This document shows, piece by piece, positions 1 to 7,717 of a stretch of 24,428 nt of DNA (positions are counted from its first letter, which is position 1; every line of letters starts with the position of its first letter). A program made the position numbers and the translations under genes. The DNA is taken from the NCBI GenBank assembly GCA_050246815.1, contig JBFWVI010000046.1:1-24428 (forward strand). The letters run 5' to 3'. The notes beneath the pieces were generated by a model. It was not told the DNA's origin. It searched no databases and worked only from the letters and a program-made list of their open reading frames with translations. The stretch comes from Bdellovibrionales bacterium (lineage in GTDB: Bacteria; Bdellovibrionota; Bdellovibrionia; Bdellovibrionales; UBA1609).

Positions 1-99
1 CTCGATTATGACCTTGGATACTTTGATGAAGGGGGAAAGCGGGTGGAACCCGTCGACGACCCCTTCAAAATAAAAGTGTTACCTATGTCTCCGGAATAA
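1..99 (+). CDS. 3' end of IS481-family transposase (partial)
   Basis: Frame 1 reads LDYDLGYFDEGGKRVEPVDDPFKIKVLPMSPE*, resembling the 'YDLGYFD...EP..NPF..KVLPMSP' C-terminus I recognise from IS481-family transposases. The ORF runs into the terminal repeats. Confidence 0.8.
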   Translation, partial: LDYDLGYFDEGGKRVEPVDDPFKIKVLPMSPE

Positions 100-122
100 T
101 CTGTAACCCATGTCTCCGGAAT
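77..122 (+). repeat. Two 21-bp direct repeats (putative transposase-binding sites)
   Basis: TGTTACCTATGTCTCCGGAAT (77-97) and TGTAACCCATGTCTCCGGAAT (102-122), 19/21 identical, 25-bp period. Confidence 0.85.
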
Positions 123-180
123 GGACCGTTTCTGATTTTCGATACTTGATTGCGTTTTGGGATTTTACTTAGAAAAAAAT

Positions 181-257
181 TGGTCGGGGCGACTGGATTC
201 GAACCAGCGACCTTTTGCTCCCGAAGCAAACGCGCTACCGGACTGCGCCACGCCCCG
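181..257 (-). tRNA. tRNA-Pro (anticodon CGG)
   Basis: Reverse complement CGGGGCGTGGCGCAGTCCGGTAGCGCGTTTGCTTCGGGAGCAAAAGGTCGCTGGTTCGAATCCAGTCGCCCCGACCA: anticodon arm TTTGC-TT-CGG-GA-GCAAA, GGTTCGAATCC T-arm, encoded CCA. Confidence 0.97.
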
Positions 258-282
258 ACTTGATGGGTAAAAGGAATCCAGC

Positions 283-311
283 AAAGTAACAGAACGGCGG
301 GCTGGCGTCAA
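283..311 (-). promoter_or_regulatory. Sigma70-type promoter of tRNA-Pro
   Basis: TTGACG (311-306), 17-bp spacer ending TGt, then TACTTT (288-283) on the minus strand. Confidence 0.6.
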
Positions 312-350
312 AGCGTTGGAAATTTTAATTTCATGCACAATATCAATATC

Positions 351-1001
351 TTAGCTTTGGGTCTGACGTCTTTGGCGTAAGAATTCAACCACCATGGGCA
401 TCAATGACAAGATGATGATGGCCACAATCACGATGTGAAAATTGCGTTTGATCACCGGGAGGTTGCCAAAAAAGTAGCCGCCATAAGTGAAGCTTAAGAC
501 CCAGGCAAATGCACCCGCCACATTGTAAATGGCAAAACGAGGATAGCGCATTTGGCCGATGCCCGCGACAAAGGGAGCAAAGGTGCGGATGATGGGGGCA
601 AATCGGGCCACCACGATGGTGAAGGGGCCATGCTTTTCATAAAAGGCCTGAGTCTTAAGTAAATGCTTTTTATTTATCAAAAGTGAGGTTTCACTGGTGA
701 ATATTTTGGGCCCCATAAAGCGCCCTACCGAGTAATTGACTGCATCACCCAGAATCCCGGCCACAATCAACAAAGCGGCAATCAGATGGACGTTCAAGCC
801 CGTGCCCTCAACCGCACAAAGTGCTCCCGCCGCAAAGAGCAGGGAATCGCCGGGCAAAAAGGGCATGATCACCAAGCCGGTTTCAGTGAAGATGATCGCA
901 AACAACAACAGGTAAAGCCACGGTCCCATGCTTTGGGCCATCTGAGCTAAATGCGTATCCAAATTTAAAAAGACATCGACGAACTCACTCAGCATGGTCA
1001 A
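351..1001 (-). CDS. dedA: DedA family membrane protein
   Basis: Motifs ETGLVIMPFLPGDSLLF, GDAVNYSVGR and ARFAPIIRTFAPFVAG. Start may be the second Met. Confidence 0.93.
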   Translation of the reverse strand: MTMLSEFVDVFLNLDTHLAQMAQSMGPWLYLLLFAIIFTETGLVIMPFLPGDSLLFAAGALCAVEGTGLNVHLIAALLIVAGILGDAVNYSVGRFMGPKIFTSETSLLINKKHLLKTQAFYEKHGPFTIVVARFAPIIRTFAPFVAGIGQMRYPRFAIYNVAGAFAWVLSFTYGGYFFGNLPVIKRNFHIVIVAIIILSLMPMVVEFLRQRRQTQS

Positions 1002-1019
1002 CCCCTTGGAACCTCTATA

Positions 1020-1047
1020 TTGACCTTAAACCTGGCGGGCATACAAT
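1020..1047 (+). promoter_or_regulatory. Putative sigma70 promoter of yhhQ
   Basis: TTGACC (1020-1025), 16 bp, TACAAT (1042-1047), then ATG at 1053. Confidence 0.45.
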
Positions 1048-1052
1048 AAATT

Positions 1053-1748
1053 ATGCAGATAAAAAGCAGGCGTGACATCGTCTTTATTCTTTTAAGCGGA
1101 ATCTTTATAACCAATGCGATTTTGGCCGAGCTGATTGGCGGCAAATTGATTCAAGTGGGCCCTTTTGCCATGAGCATCGGGGTGATTCCTTGGCCGGTGG
1201 TGTTTTTAACCACGGATTTAATCAATGAATACTTCGGCGTTAAAGGCGTTCGGCGCCTGACCTTTTTGACCATGGGCTTGATTGTTTATGCGTTTTTGAT
1301 TTTATTTTTAACCATGCAGGTGCCTGCGGCTGGATTTTCGCCTGTGGACGATGCCGCATACAGCAAGGTTTTCGGTCAAAGCCTTTGGATTATCGTTGCG
1401 AGCCTTGTTGCCTTTGCCCTTTCTCAGCTTATTGATGTGATTGTGTTTTGGCTGTTTCGCCATCGCACGGGTGGTAAAATGTTATGGCTGCGCGCCACGG
1501 GTTCGACGGCAATCTCGCAGCTGATCGATAGCTTGGTGATCATTGGCATCGCCTTTTGGTTGCCTGGCAAAGTCAAAACGGAAGAATTCTTAAATGTAGC
1601 CGCGACCAATTATTCGTACAAGTTCATGATCGCGATTGCGCTGACGCCACTGATCTATGTGGTTCATAGCATGATTGATCGTTTTTTGGGTAAAGAAGAG
1701 TCTGAGCGTTTGATCAACGAAGCGGCGGCAGAAAGCTTAAAAAAATAG
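1053..1748 (+). CDS. yhhQ: Queuosine precursor transporter (YhhQ/VUT family)
   Basis: Multi-TM protein with 'PWPVVFLTTDLINEYFG', 'AFALSQLID' and 'LWLRATGSTAISQLIDS' motifs. Confidence 0.9.
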   Translation: MQIKSRRDIVFILLSGIFITNAILAELIGGKLIQVGPFAMSIGVIPWPVVFLTTDLINEYFGVKGVRRLTFLTMGLIVYAFLILFLTMQVPAAGFSPVDDAAYSKVFGQSLWIIVASLVAFALSQLIDVIVFWLFRHRTGGKMLWLRATGSTAISQLIDSLVIIGIAFWLPGKVKTEEFLNVAATNYSYKFMIAIALTPLIYVVHSMIDRFLGKEESERLINEAAAESLKK

Positions 1749-1772
1749 GGCGATGGTTTGAAACCATCGCCC
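1748..1772. terminator. Hairpin between convergent genes (probable bidirectional terminator)
   Basis: Perfect inverted repeat GGGCGATGGTTT-G-AAACCATCGCCC; the A-run upstream gives a U-tract on the minus strand. Confidence 0.7.
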
Positions 1773-1787
1773 ACAGCTAGAATTATC

Positions 1788-2780
1788 TTACCAAAGTTTG
1801 GTGTAAACCTTCATGGCATATTTGCCTAAGTTGTATGTGGACGGAGCGCAAATGGCGCCCAAGGCCTGAGCATTTCGCACGTCAGACAACACAAAATCGC
1901 GGTCATTCATGCACTCTTGAAAAGTGGCGTAGTCGGTGTTCGAGGCAAAATGGTTTTCGCTCACCGAAGCCCCACCCGTAAACACGACTTGCAGCTGCTT
2001 GGCATCGCAAAAGACAAGAACGGTGCTATTGCCAGCTTTGGTGTAAATTTCGATGGTGGATCCAATTTGCGCTTCACACTGTGTGCTCTGTTCAAGGGTT
2101 GCCAAAGTGGCCGAGTTCAGTGAAACGGATTTTTCAAGGTAGTAGGCATAGGCGCCGTTGTTTCGGCGAACAATCACCGCGCCAGCATTGGCAAGAAGAT
2201 TGCCAATCTGAGCTTCGGGAGTTGCGCTAATTTGGCTATTTGTAAATGGCGCAAAAAGAAAGAGGCGCTTCTTGGGCACGGGATAGGGTTTCGTGGTAAA
2301 GCCATCCACCTGCAAGATGTATTCAGGGGCGGTGGTGTAAGACACGTTTGCAAAGCATGTGGCGCTGACGACGCTGATTTCAGTTTGCTGGTTGTACAAG
2401 CGTGTCTGTTCCGCGAGTGATTGCCGGCATCCCTCCATGGAGCTGTAAGCCACGCGCTCAGCGCCGCGACCTAGTGCGGGATCGTTTTTGCCGATCTGAA
2501 TCGTGTAGGGATTAAAGGGCTGTTCGGCCTGGTAGCGCAGCCCAAGCGAAAGAACCTTATAAGCCAGGCCCTGGTGCTCTTCAACTTGCACTGAACGGCA
2601 TACCGCGGCTGTAACTGCAGCACCTGTTGCGGCTTGAAAACGATTTGCTAATTGCTGAGCTTCGGCTTGGCAGTCCACGCCGTGGGTTTTCACAACCCGT
2701 GTTTGATAAGTGTAAGGACTTAAGGCAGCCAAAGCCGGAATCGACCAGGCTAGGCTGAGTGTCGCGATCATTGTTTTCAT
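1788..2780 (-). CDS. Secreted hypothetical protein with repeated Cys-pair modules
   Basis: 330-aa ORF, signal peptide MKTMIATLSLAWSIPALA, purine-rich RBS (AGAGGGGG), 8 Cys in 4 pairs. Confidence 0.8.
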   Translation of the reverse strand: MKTMIATLSLAWSIPALAALSPYTYQTRVVKTHGVDCQAEAQQLANRFQAATGAAVTAAVCRSVQVEEHQGLAYKVLSLGLRYQAEQPFNPYTIQIGKNDPALGRGAERVAYSSMEGCRQSLAEQTRLYNQQTEISVVSATCFANVSYTTAPEYILQVDGFTTKPYPVPKKRLFLFAPFTNSQISATPEAQIGNLLANAGAVIVRRNNGAYAYYLEKSVSLNSATLATLEQSTQCEAQIGSTIEIYTKAGNSTVLVFCDAKQLQVVFTGGASVSENHFASNTDYATFQECMNDRDFVLSDVRNAQALGAICAPSTYNLGKYAMKVYTKLW

Positions 2781-2812
2781 AGTTCCCCCTCTTAAAGCGC
2801 GCGATGGCGCAT

Positions 2813-3805
2813 TTATTTTTTAATTAAATCCTGAACCATTTTGTAAACGGCGCGAATCTGCGCACCTCTTTGATTGATGTAGTCTTGGCCGTGCAGACCA
2901 TACCAGTCCCAGCAACCATAAGGATTGCCCGGACCTTTACTTGATTGTGGAAATAGCACCACAATTCCGTGACGGTCTGCAGCCTCAAGAAAGCCTGCAT
3001 TGCGCACAAATGTTTCTTCAATAAAATCGGGATTCATTTGGCAGCCATGAAAGGCCACATGCAGCCCGCATTTTTGCTGACGGCAGATGGCGGGCACATA
3101 GGCCGCGCCCCAGCTGTACATTTGATTTGCGCCGGTTGTATACACGCCTTGATCAAAGAAAATCAAAGATGATTCTGTGGGATCCACGGGCTTAGGTGGC
3201 TGCTTGGTCCATATCGGGTCTAAGTGATCTAAGATGTCAGAGGCCAAGTCGGTGTTGCATTTCTGCAGCCAAGGAGTGCCCATTATGCCGCAAGCATTGC
3301 CAAAGTCTTTCGTTAAAAAACCATGGCTTGCCGTTGGGTGCGTTGCTCGTGTGATCAGTTCGCCGGGCACAAATGTCTGGTAAAACTCCTGCAAAATCTG
3401 AGAATGTTCGGGCTTGATGATAAAGTCATTGGAGGCTGCGAAAATATAAATCCGGTCGTTTTCTAGATTCGCCAAGGGGTCGATCAGGCCTTTGTCAGCC
3501 TGCTCTTTGGCCTTTTCGATGGAGCGTTGAGAGCTGACCTTCTGCGGTTGTCCCATGCAGGCCGATTGAGCGCGATTGGAATCACCTTCCGCACACCAAT
3601 ACGTGCCACCAGCCACGGCACCCACGCCTTGTACCAGATCCGAATGGGCTAAATGAAATTGCACGGCAAAATAAGCGCCTGAAGACACGCCTGAAACACT
3701 CACGCGGGTAGGATCGATTTTTAATTGCGGCAAAGGGCCGGTGATTTGGGTGGCCTGACTTTGTATGCTGATTAAAAAAGAAGAGAATAGAAAAAACAAC
3801 CGCAA
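2813..3805 (-). CDS. Secreted PHB depolymerase-like esterase (alpha/beta hydrolase)
   Basis: 'VSVSGVSSGAYFAVQFH' nucleophile elbow, 'LHVAFHGCQM', 'VVLFPQ' and 'NPYGCWDWYG'. A TTG at 3805 follows an AAAGGGG RBS and gives a signal peptide; the ORF is open to 3862. Confidence 0.82.
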   Translation of the reverse strand: MRLFFLFSSFLISIQSQATQITGPLPQLKIDPTRVSVSGVSSGAYFAVQFHLAHSDLVQGVGAVAGGTYWCAEGDSNRAQSACMGQPQKVSSQRSIEKAKEQADKGLIDPLANLENDRIYIFAASNDFIIKPEHSQILQEFYQTFVPGELITRATHPTASHGFLTKDFGNACGIMGTPWLQKCNTDLASDILDHLDPIWTKQPPKPVDPTESSLIFFDQGVYTTGANQMYSWGAAYVPAICRQQKCGLHVAFHGCQMNPDFIEETFVRNAGFLEAADRHGIVVLFPQSSKGPGNPYGCWDWYGLHGQDYINQRGAQIRAVYKMVQDLIKK

Positions 3806-3870
3806 TTGAAGCCCCCTTTGAAAAGACCGCAAGATTTCAACGGACTCTGATGTGGAATGCAAGCATCGCT

Positions 3871-3904
3871 TGAAAAGATTTGGCCGCCGATGTCACTCAG
3901 CGGC
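3871..3904 (-). terminator. Possible terminator after argH
   Basis: Minus strand GCCGCTGA-GTGACA-TCGGCGGC stem (one G-U), followed by CAAATCTTTT (weak U-tract). Confidence 0.4.
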
Positions 3905-3911
3905 AGGATAT

Positions 3912-5282
3912 TTAGAGCAAGCCTTCAGCTTGTTTGATTTGAGCCAGAACAGATTGGGTGGATGTGCCGCCTTTTGAAATGCGGGCCTCCATGACGGCTT
4001 GGTGTGGCAATAGATGCAACGCTTCCATAGTGAAAAGCGGGCTGAAGGTTTTTAACTCATCAAGAGTGATTGATTCCAGCGCGATTTTTTTAGCCAAGCA
4101 ATAGCGCACGATGCGGCCAATAACGTGGTGAGCTTCGCGAAAGGTTTGCCCCTTTTGCACCAAGAAGTCGGCCAGGTCTGTGGCATTCGAGAAATCACCT
4201 TTTAAAGACTCGCTCATGCGTTCTTGATTGAAGGTGGCCGTTTCAAACATTAGGCGCATCAGGCCAACCGCTGGCCCCACGACGTCGATGGCATCAAAGA
4301 GCTGAATTTTGTCTTCTTGCAAATCGCGGTTGTAGGCAAGGGGAAGGGCTTTGAGCATCGTCAAAGAAGCCATCAGCTGGCCGTAGACTCTTCCCACGCG
4401 GCCACGGATCAGCTCAGCAACGTCGGGATTTTTCTTTTGCGGCATGATGCTGCTGCCAGTAGTGACAGAGTCGTCCAGGGTCACAAAGCCAAATTCAGGT
4501 GTGCTCCACAGGATCAACTCCTCGGCCTGCCGTGACAGATGCATCATCAAAAGGCTCGCGGCAGATAAAAACTCAACGATAAAGTCGCGATCTGAAACAG
4601 CGTCCAAGCTGTTTTCGCAAATGCCATCAAAGCCCAGTTCGGCTGCAACCATATCGCGGTCCAAGGCGAAGCCGGTGCCGGCCAGGGCGGCCGAACCCAG
4701 CGGCAAACGATTCACGCGTTTACGCAGATCATTCAATCGGTCACGATCGCGCTGAAACATCCAAAAATAAGCCATCAAGTGATGGGCAAGGCTAACGGGT
4801 TGTGCATGCTGAGTATGGGTGAGACCGGGCAAAAGTGTGGCGGTGTGGTTTTGCGCTGCTGTTTTCAACCAAGTTTGCAGTTTCAAGATTTCTTGCGAGA
4901 GGTCGTCAATCTCGCCGCGCAAATAAAGGCGAATATCGGTGGCCACTTGATCGTTACGCGAGCGCGCGGTGTGCAGCTTGCCCGCCACGGCCCCCACTTT
5001 TTCGCTCAGTAAACGTTCGATTTCGCTGTGGATGTCTTCGCCTTCGGGGTTGAACCAAAGATCTCCCTTTTCCAAGCCGGCTTGAACGTACTCAAGGCCA
5101 TTGACGATCTCAGCGGCCTCGGCGGCGCTCAAAACCCCAACCTTGCCCAGCATGCGGGCGTGGGCTTGGCTAGCGCGGATGTCGACATTTTTCAAACGCT
5201 GGTCATAAGACAGTGAGGCGGTGAAGTCTTCCACTCGTTTGTCGGTTTCTTTTTCAAAACGTCCGCCCCACAATTTTTTCAT
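3912..5282 (-). CDS. argH: Argininosuccinate lyase
   Basis: MKKLWGGRF start, LHTARSRNDQVATD, GSSIMPQKKNPD. ATG at 5282 overlaps the argG stop (ATGA). Confidence 0.97.
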   Translation of the reverse strand: MKKLWGGRFEKETDKRVEDFTASLSYDQRLKNVDIRASQAHARMLGKVGVLSAAEAAEIVNGLEYVQAGLEKGDLWFNPEGEDIHSEIERLLSEKVGAVAGKLHTARSRNDQVATDIRLYLRGEIDDLSQEILKLQTWLKTAAQNHTATLLPGLTHTQHAQPVSLAHHLMAYFWMFQRDRDRLNDLRKRVNRLPLGSAALAGTGFALDRDMVAAELGFDGICENSLDAVSDRDFIVEFLSAASLLMMHLSRQAEELILWSTPEFGFVTLDDSVTTGSSIMPQKKNPDVAELIRGRVGRVYGQLMASLTMLKALPLAYNRDLQEDKIQLFDAIDVVGPAVGLMRLMFETATFNQERMSESLKGDFSNATDLADFLVQKGQTFREAHHVIGRIVRYCLAKKIALESITLDELKTFSPLFTMEALHLLPHQAVMEARISKGGTSTQSVLAQIKQAEGLL

Positions 5283-6484
5283 AAGCTTAAGCCGTTCTTT
5301 CTGGACAAGTGGTGGTACATGCGTGGCTGCATGCCAAAATTTTTCACCCAACCCGTGCTTTCGCTTTGATTGAAGGTGGTCGAATCAAAAGAGGCCAAGT
5401 CCTCCGAATAAAGGGCCCACGAGCTCTTACGCCCAAGCACCTGAATCTGACCTTTGAACAGCTTCAGGCGCACAGAGCCTTCAACACGTTTTTGGGTGGC
5501 TTCGATGAAGGCTTCTAAATCGTCTTTGAAAGGATCCCACCACAGGCCTTCATAGGCCAAGCGGCTCCATTCTTGATCGATGGTTTTTTTAAAGCGAAGT
5601 TCATCGCGGGTCAGCACCAAAGCTTCTAGTGCTTGGTGGGCTTTGAGCAGCAAGGCAGCGCCTGGGCATTCGTAGTTTTCACGCACTTTTAAGCCCAGCA
5701 TGCGGTCTTCCATGATGTCGATGCGACCGACTCCGTTTGTGCCGGCGATTTCGTTGGCCTTGATAATCAATTGAGCCGGAGAGCCTTCCCATTTGTCCAA
5801 TCCCACCGGCATGCCGTTTTTAAAATGAATGGTGATTTCGGTGGCCAGGTCGGGCGCGGTCATGGGATTTTTAGTCCACTGAAAGATTTCTTCTGGGGGA
5901 GTGAAGTCGGGCTCTTCTAAGCGCCCGCCTTCGATTGATCGGCCCCACAGATTTTCATCGATCGACCAGATTTTTTCGAGGCTTTGTTTGATCGGAACGT
6001 TTTTCGCCTTGGCGTATTCAATTTCCCAGCTGCGGGTCATGTTGCGTTCTCGAACAGGCGCGTGAATTTTGGCATCGGGCATGGCGCAGCGGATGCCGTA
6101 TTCGATGCGGAACTGATCGTTGCCTTTGCCGGTGCAGCCGTGGGCAAAGCTGCTGGCGCCGACTTTTTTGGCTATTTCAGCAGCTTTTGCGGCGATGATG
6201 GGGCGGGCGATCGAGGTGCTCATCGGATAACCTTGATAATCGCCATTGGCATGGATGGCCTTGAAACAATAATCTTTCGCAAATTCTTCTTTGGCATCAA
6301 CGGTGAAGTGGGTTGTGTTCATCAGCCGGGCCTTTTCTTCGGCTTGCTTGATGTCTTCTTGGGGCTGGCCCACATCAATCGTGACTGTGACCACTTCGTC
6401 ATATCCATATTCTTCGCGCATCAGCGGAATGCAAATTGAGGTGTCCAAACCTCCTGAATAAACTAACACAACTTTGTTTTTCAT
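5279..6484 (-). CDS. argG: Argininosuccinate synthase
   Basis: YSGGLDTS, AHGCTGKGNDQFR, SIDENLWGRSIEGG, GLKVRENYE. Confidence 0.97.
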   Translation of the reverse strand: MKNKVVLVYSGGLDTSICIPLMREEYGYDEVVTVTIDVGQPQEDIKQAEEKARLMNTTHFTVDAKEEFAKDYCFKAIHANGDYQGYPMSTSIARPIIAAKAAEIAKKVGASSFAHGCTGKGNDQFRIEYGIRCAMPDAKIHAPVRERNMTRSWEIEYAKAKNVPIKQSLEKIWSIDENLWGRSIEGGRLEEPDFTPPEEIFQWTKNPMTAPDLATEITIHFKNGMPVGLDKWEGSPAQLIIKANEIAGTNGVGRIDIMEDRMLGLKVRENYECPGAALLLKAHQALEALVLTRDELRFKKTIDQEWSRLAYEGLWWDPFKDDLEAFIEATQKRVEGSVRLKLFKGQIQVLGRKSSWALYSEDLASFDSTTFNQSESTGWVKNFGMQPRMYHHLSRKNGLSL

Positions 6485-6524
6485 GGCGTAGGCCTCCGGA
6501 TAGACTATTTATATAGGGTCTAGT

Positions 6525-6542
6525 TATGCATATATATGCATT
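6525..6542. promoter_or_regulatory. ARG box (ArgR operator) upstream of argG
   Basis: TATGCATATATATGCATT matches wnTGnATwwwwATnCAnw. Confidence 0.8.
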
Positions 6543-6596
6543 ATTTTGCTCTTGTAAACGAAAAAATGCGTTGACATTGCTGTTTTATGGCATAGA

Positions 6597-6614
6597 TATG
6601 CATATATATGCATA
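6597..6614. promoter_or_regulatory. ARG box overlapping the argC start, downstream of a TTGACA at 6571-6576
   Basis: Perfect 18-bp palindrome TATGCATATATATGCATA. Confidence 0.8.
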
Positions 6615-7717
6615 ATTATGAGGATGTAAAAAACCCCATTTCGTACGTTCCCAAGGTGTGGCGCCAACGTGTGGCTGTGGTCGGAGCGCGCGGCTACTCT
6701 GGGCTTGAGCTCTCGCGTCTACTTTTGCGCCATCCATTAGTGCAATTGGTGGGCTGCTTTGCAACCGATTCCAGCTTTGTGCTATCGCATTATTTAACTG
6801 AAACGCGGGCCAGCGAAGTTCCCACCTGGCAGCTTTCAGATCTGGATGAGCATCTGACCAATATAGATGCGCTGTTTTTGGCCACACCCGCTGAAGCTTC
6901 TTTAGAGCTGGCTCCGAAGGTCTTGGCGAAAGGTGTGCATGTGATTGACCTGAGCGGTGCTTTTCGCTTGCGCCAGGGCGACGTCAAGCAGCGTTACAAA
7001 AAATGGTATGGGTTCGAGCACTCAGAAACCAAACTTCTTAAAAAAGCACACTTTGGTTTGCAGCCCTGGGCTAAACCTTTGACTGAGGCAAAAACCGCAC
7101 AGTTGGTTGCCAACCCGGGCTGCTATGCCTCGGCGGTTATGATGGCTTTAATTCCGTTGTTGCAAGCGGGTCTTGTGGATCCCAACACTTTGGTGATCGA
7201 CGCCAAGTCAGGGACCAGCGGGGCCGGTCGTAAAGCGGCTGAAGGCATGTTGTTCACCGAGGTCGAGGGCGAATGTCTGCCCTATAAAGTCGGCCAACAC
7301 CAACACTTACCTGAAATTATTGAAGCTCTCGAAGAATTCAGTGGCGTTGCCGTCGAGCCTTTTTTAACCACACATTTATTGACCGTACGTCGTGGCATCA
7401 TCGCTTCGATCTACGCCAAAACTTCGGCGACAGAAGATCAAATTGAAGCCGCCTTTCAACAGGCCTATAGCCACTACCCGTTGGTCAAAATGGGGCGACT
7501 GGGCACGCCGGCGGGCGATGGGCTGCTGTCTTTGAAGCGGGTGGTCGGATCGGCACGGACTCATCTTGCATTTCGAGTTGTGGGCGATAAGCTTTTTCTT
7601 TTTTCGCTTATCGACAATTTGGTCAAAGGGGCGGCCGGGCAGGCGGTGGAAAACCTGAATCGATTAATGGATCAGCCCTGCGATATGGGGCTTTCCGAGA
7701 GTGAGGGTGTGTTATGA
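6608..7717 (+). CDS. argC: N-acetyl-gamma-glutamyl-phosphate reductase
   Basis: VGARGYSGLEL, IDLSGAFRL, ANPGCY, DAKSGTSGAGR, IDNLVKGAAGQA. Start uncertain. Confidence 0.96.
   Translation: MHNYEDVKNPISYVPKVWRQRVAVVGARGYSGLELSRLLLRHPLVQLVGCFATDSSFVLSHYLTETRASEVPTWQLSDLDEHLTNIDALFLATPAEASLELAPKVLAKGVHVIDLSGAFRLRQGDVKQRYKKWYGFEHSETKLLKKAHFGLQPWAKPLTEAKTAQLVANPGCYASAVMMALIPLLQAGLVDPNTLVIDAKSGTSGAGRKAAEGMLFTEVEGECLPYKVGQHQHLPEIIEALEEFSGVAVEPFLTTHLLTVRRGIIASIYAKTSATEDQIEAAFQQAYSHYPLVKMGRLGTPAGDGLLSLKRVVGSARTHLAFRVVGDKLFLFSLIDNLVKGAAGQAVENLNRLMDQPCDMGLSESEGVL

Larger units (their letters stand above)
1..127 (+). mobile_element. Right end of IS481-like insertion sequence
   Basis: Transposase C-terminus followed by two tandem 21-bp sites and ending ...GGAATGGACC; exact end uncertain by a few bp. 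Confidence 0.72.

Noticed and set aside
77..122. Direct repeats as a CRISPR array
   Set aside because: Only two copies with a 4-bp gap, overlapping a transposase stop; better explained as IS end sites.
5283..5351. N-terminal extension of argH in the ORF track
   Set aside because: Overlaps argG; the conserved start MKKLWGGRF at 5282 gives an ATGA overlap.
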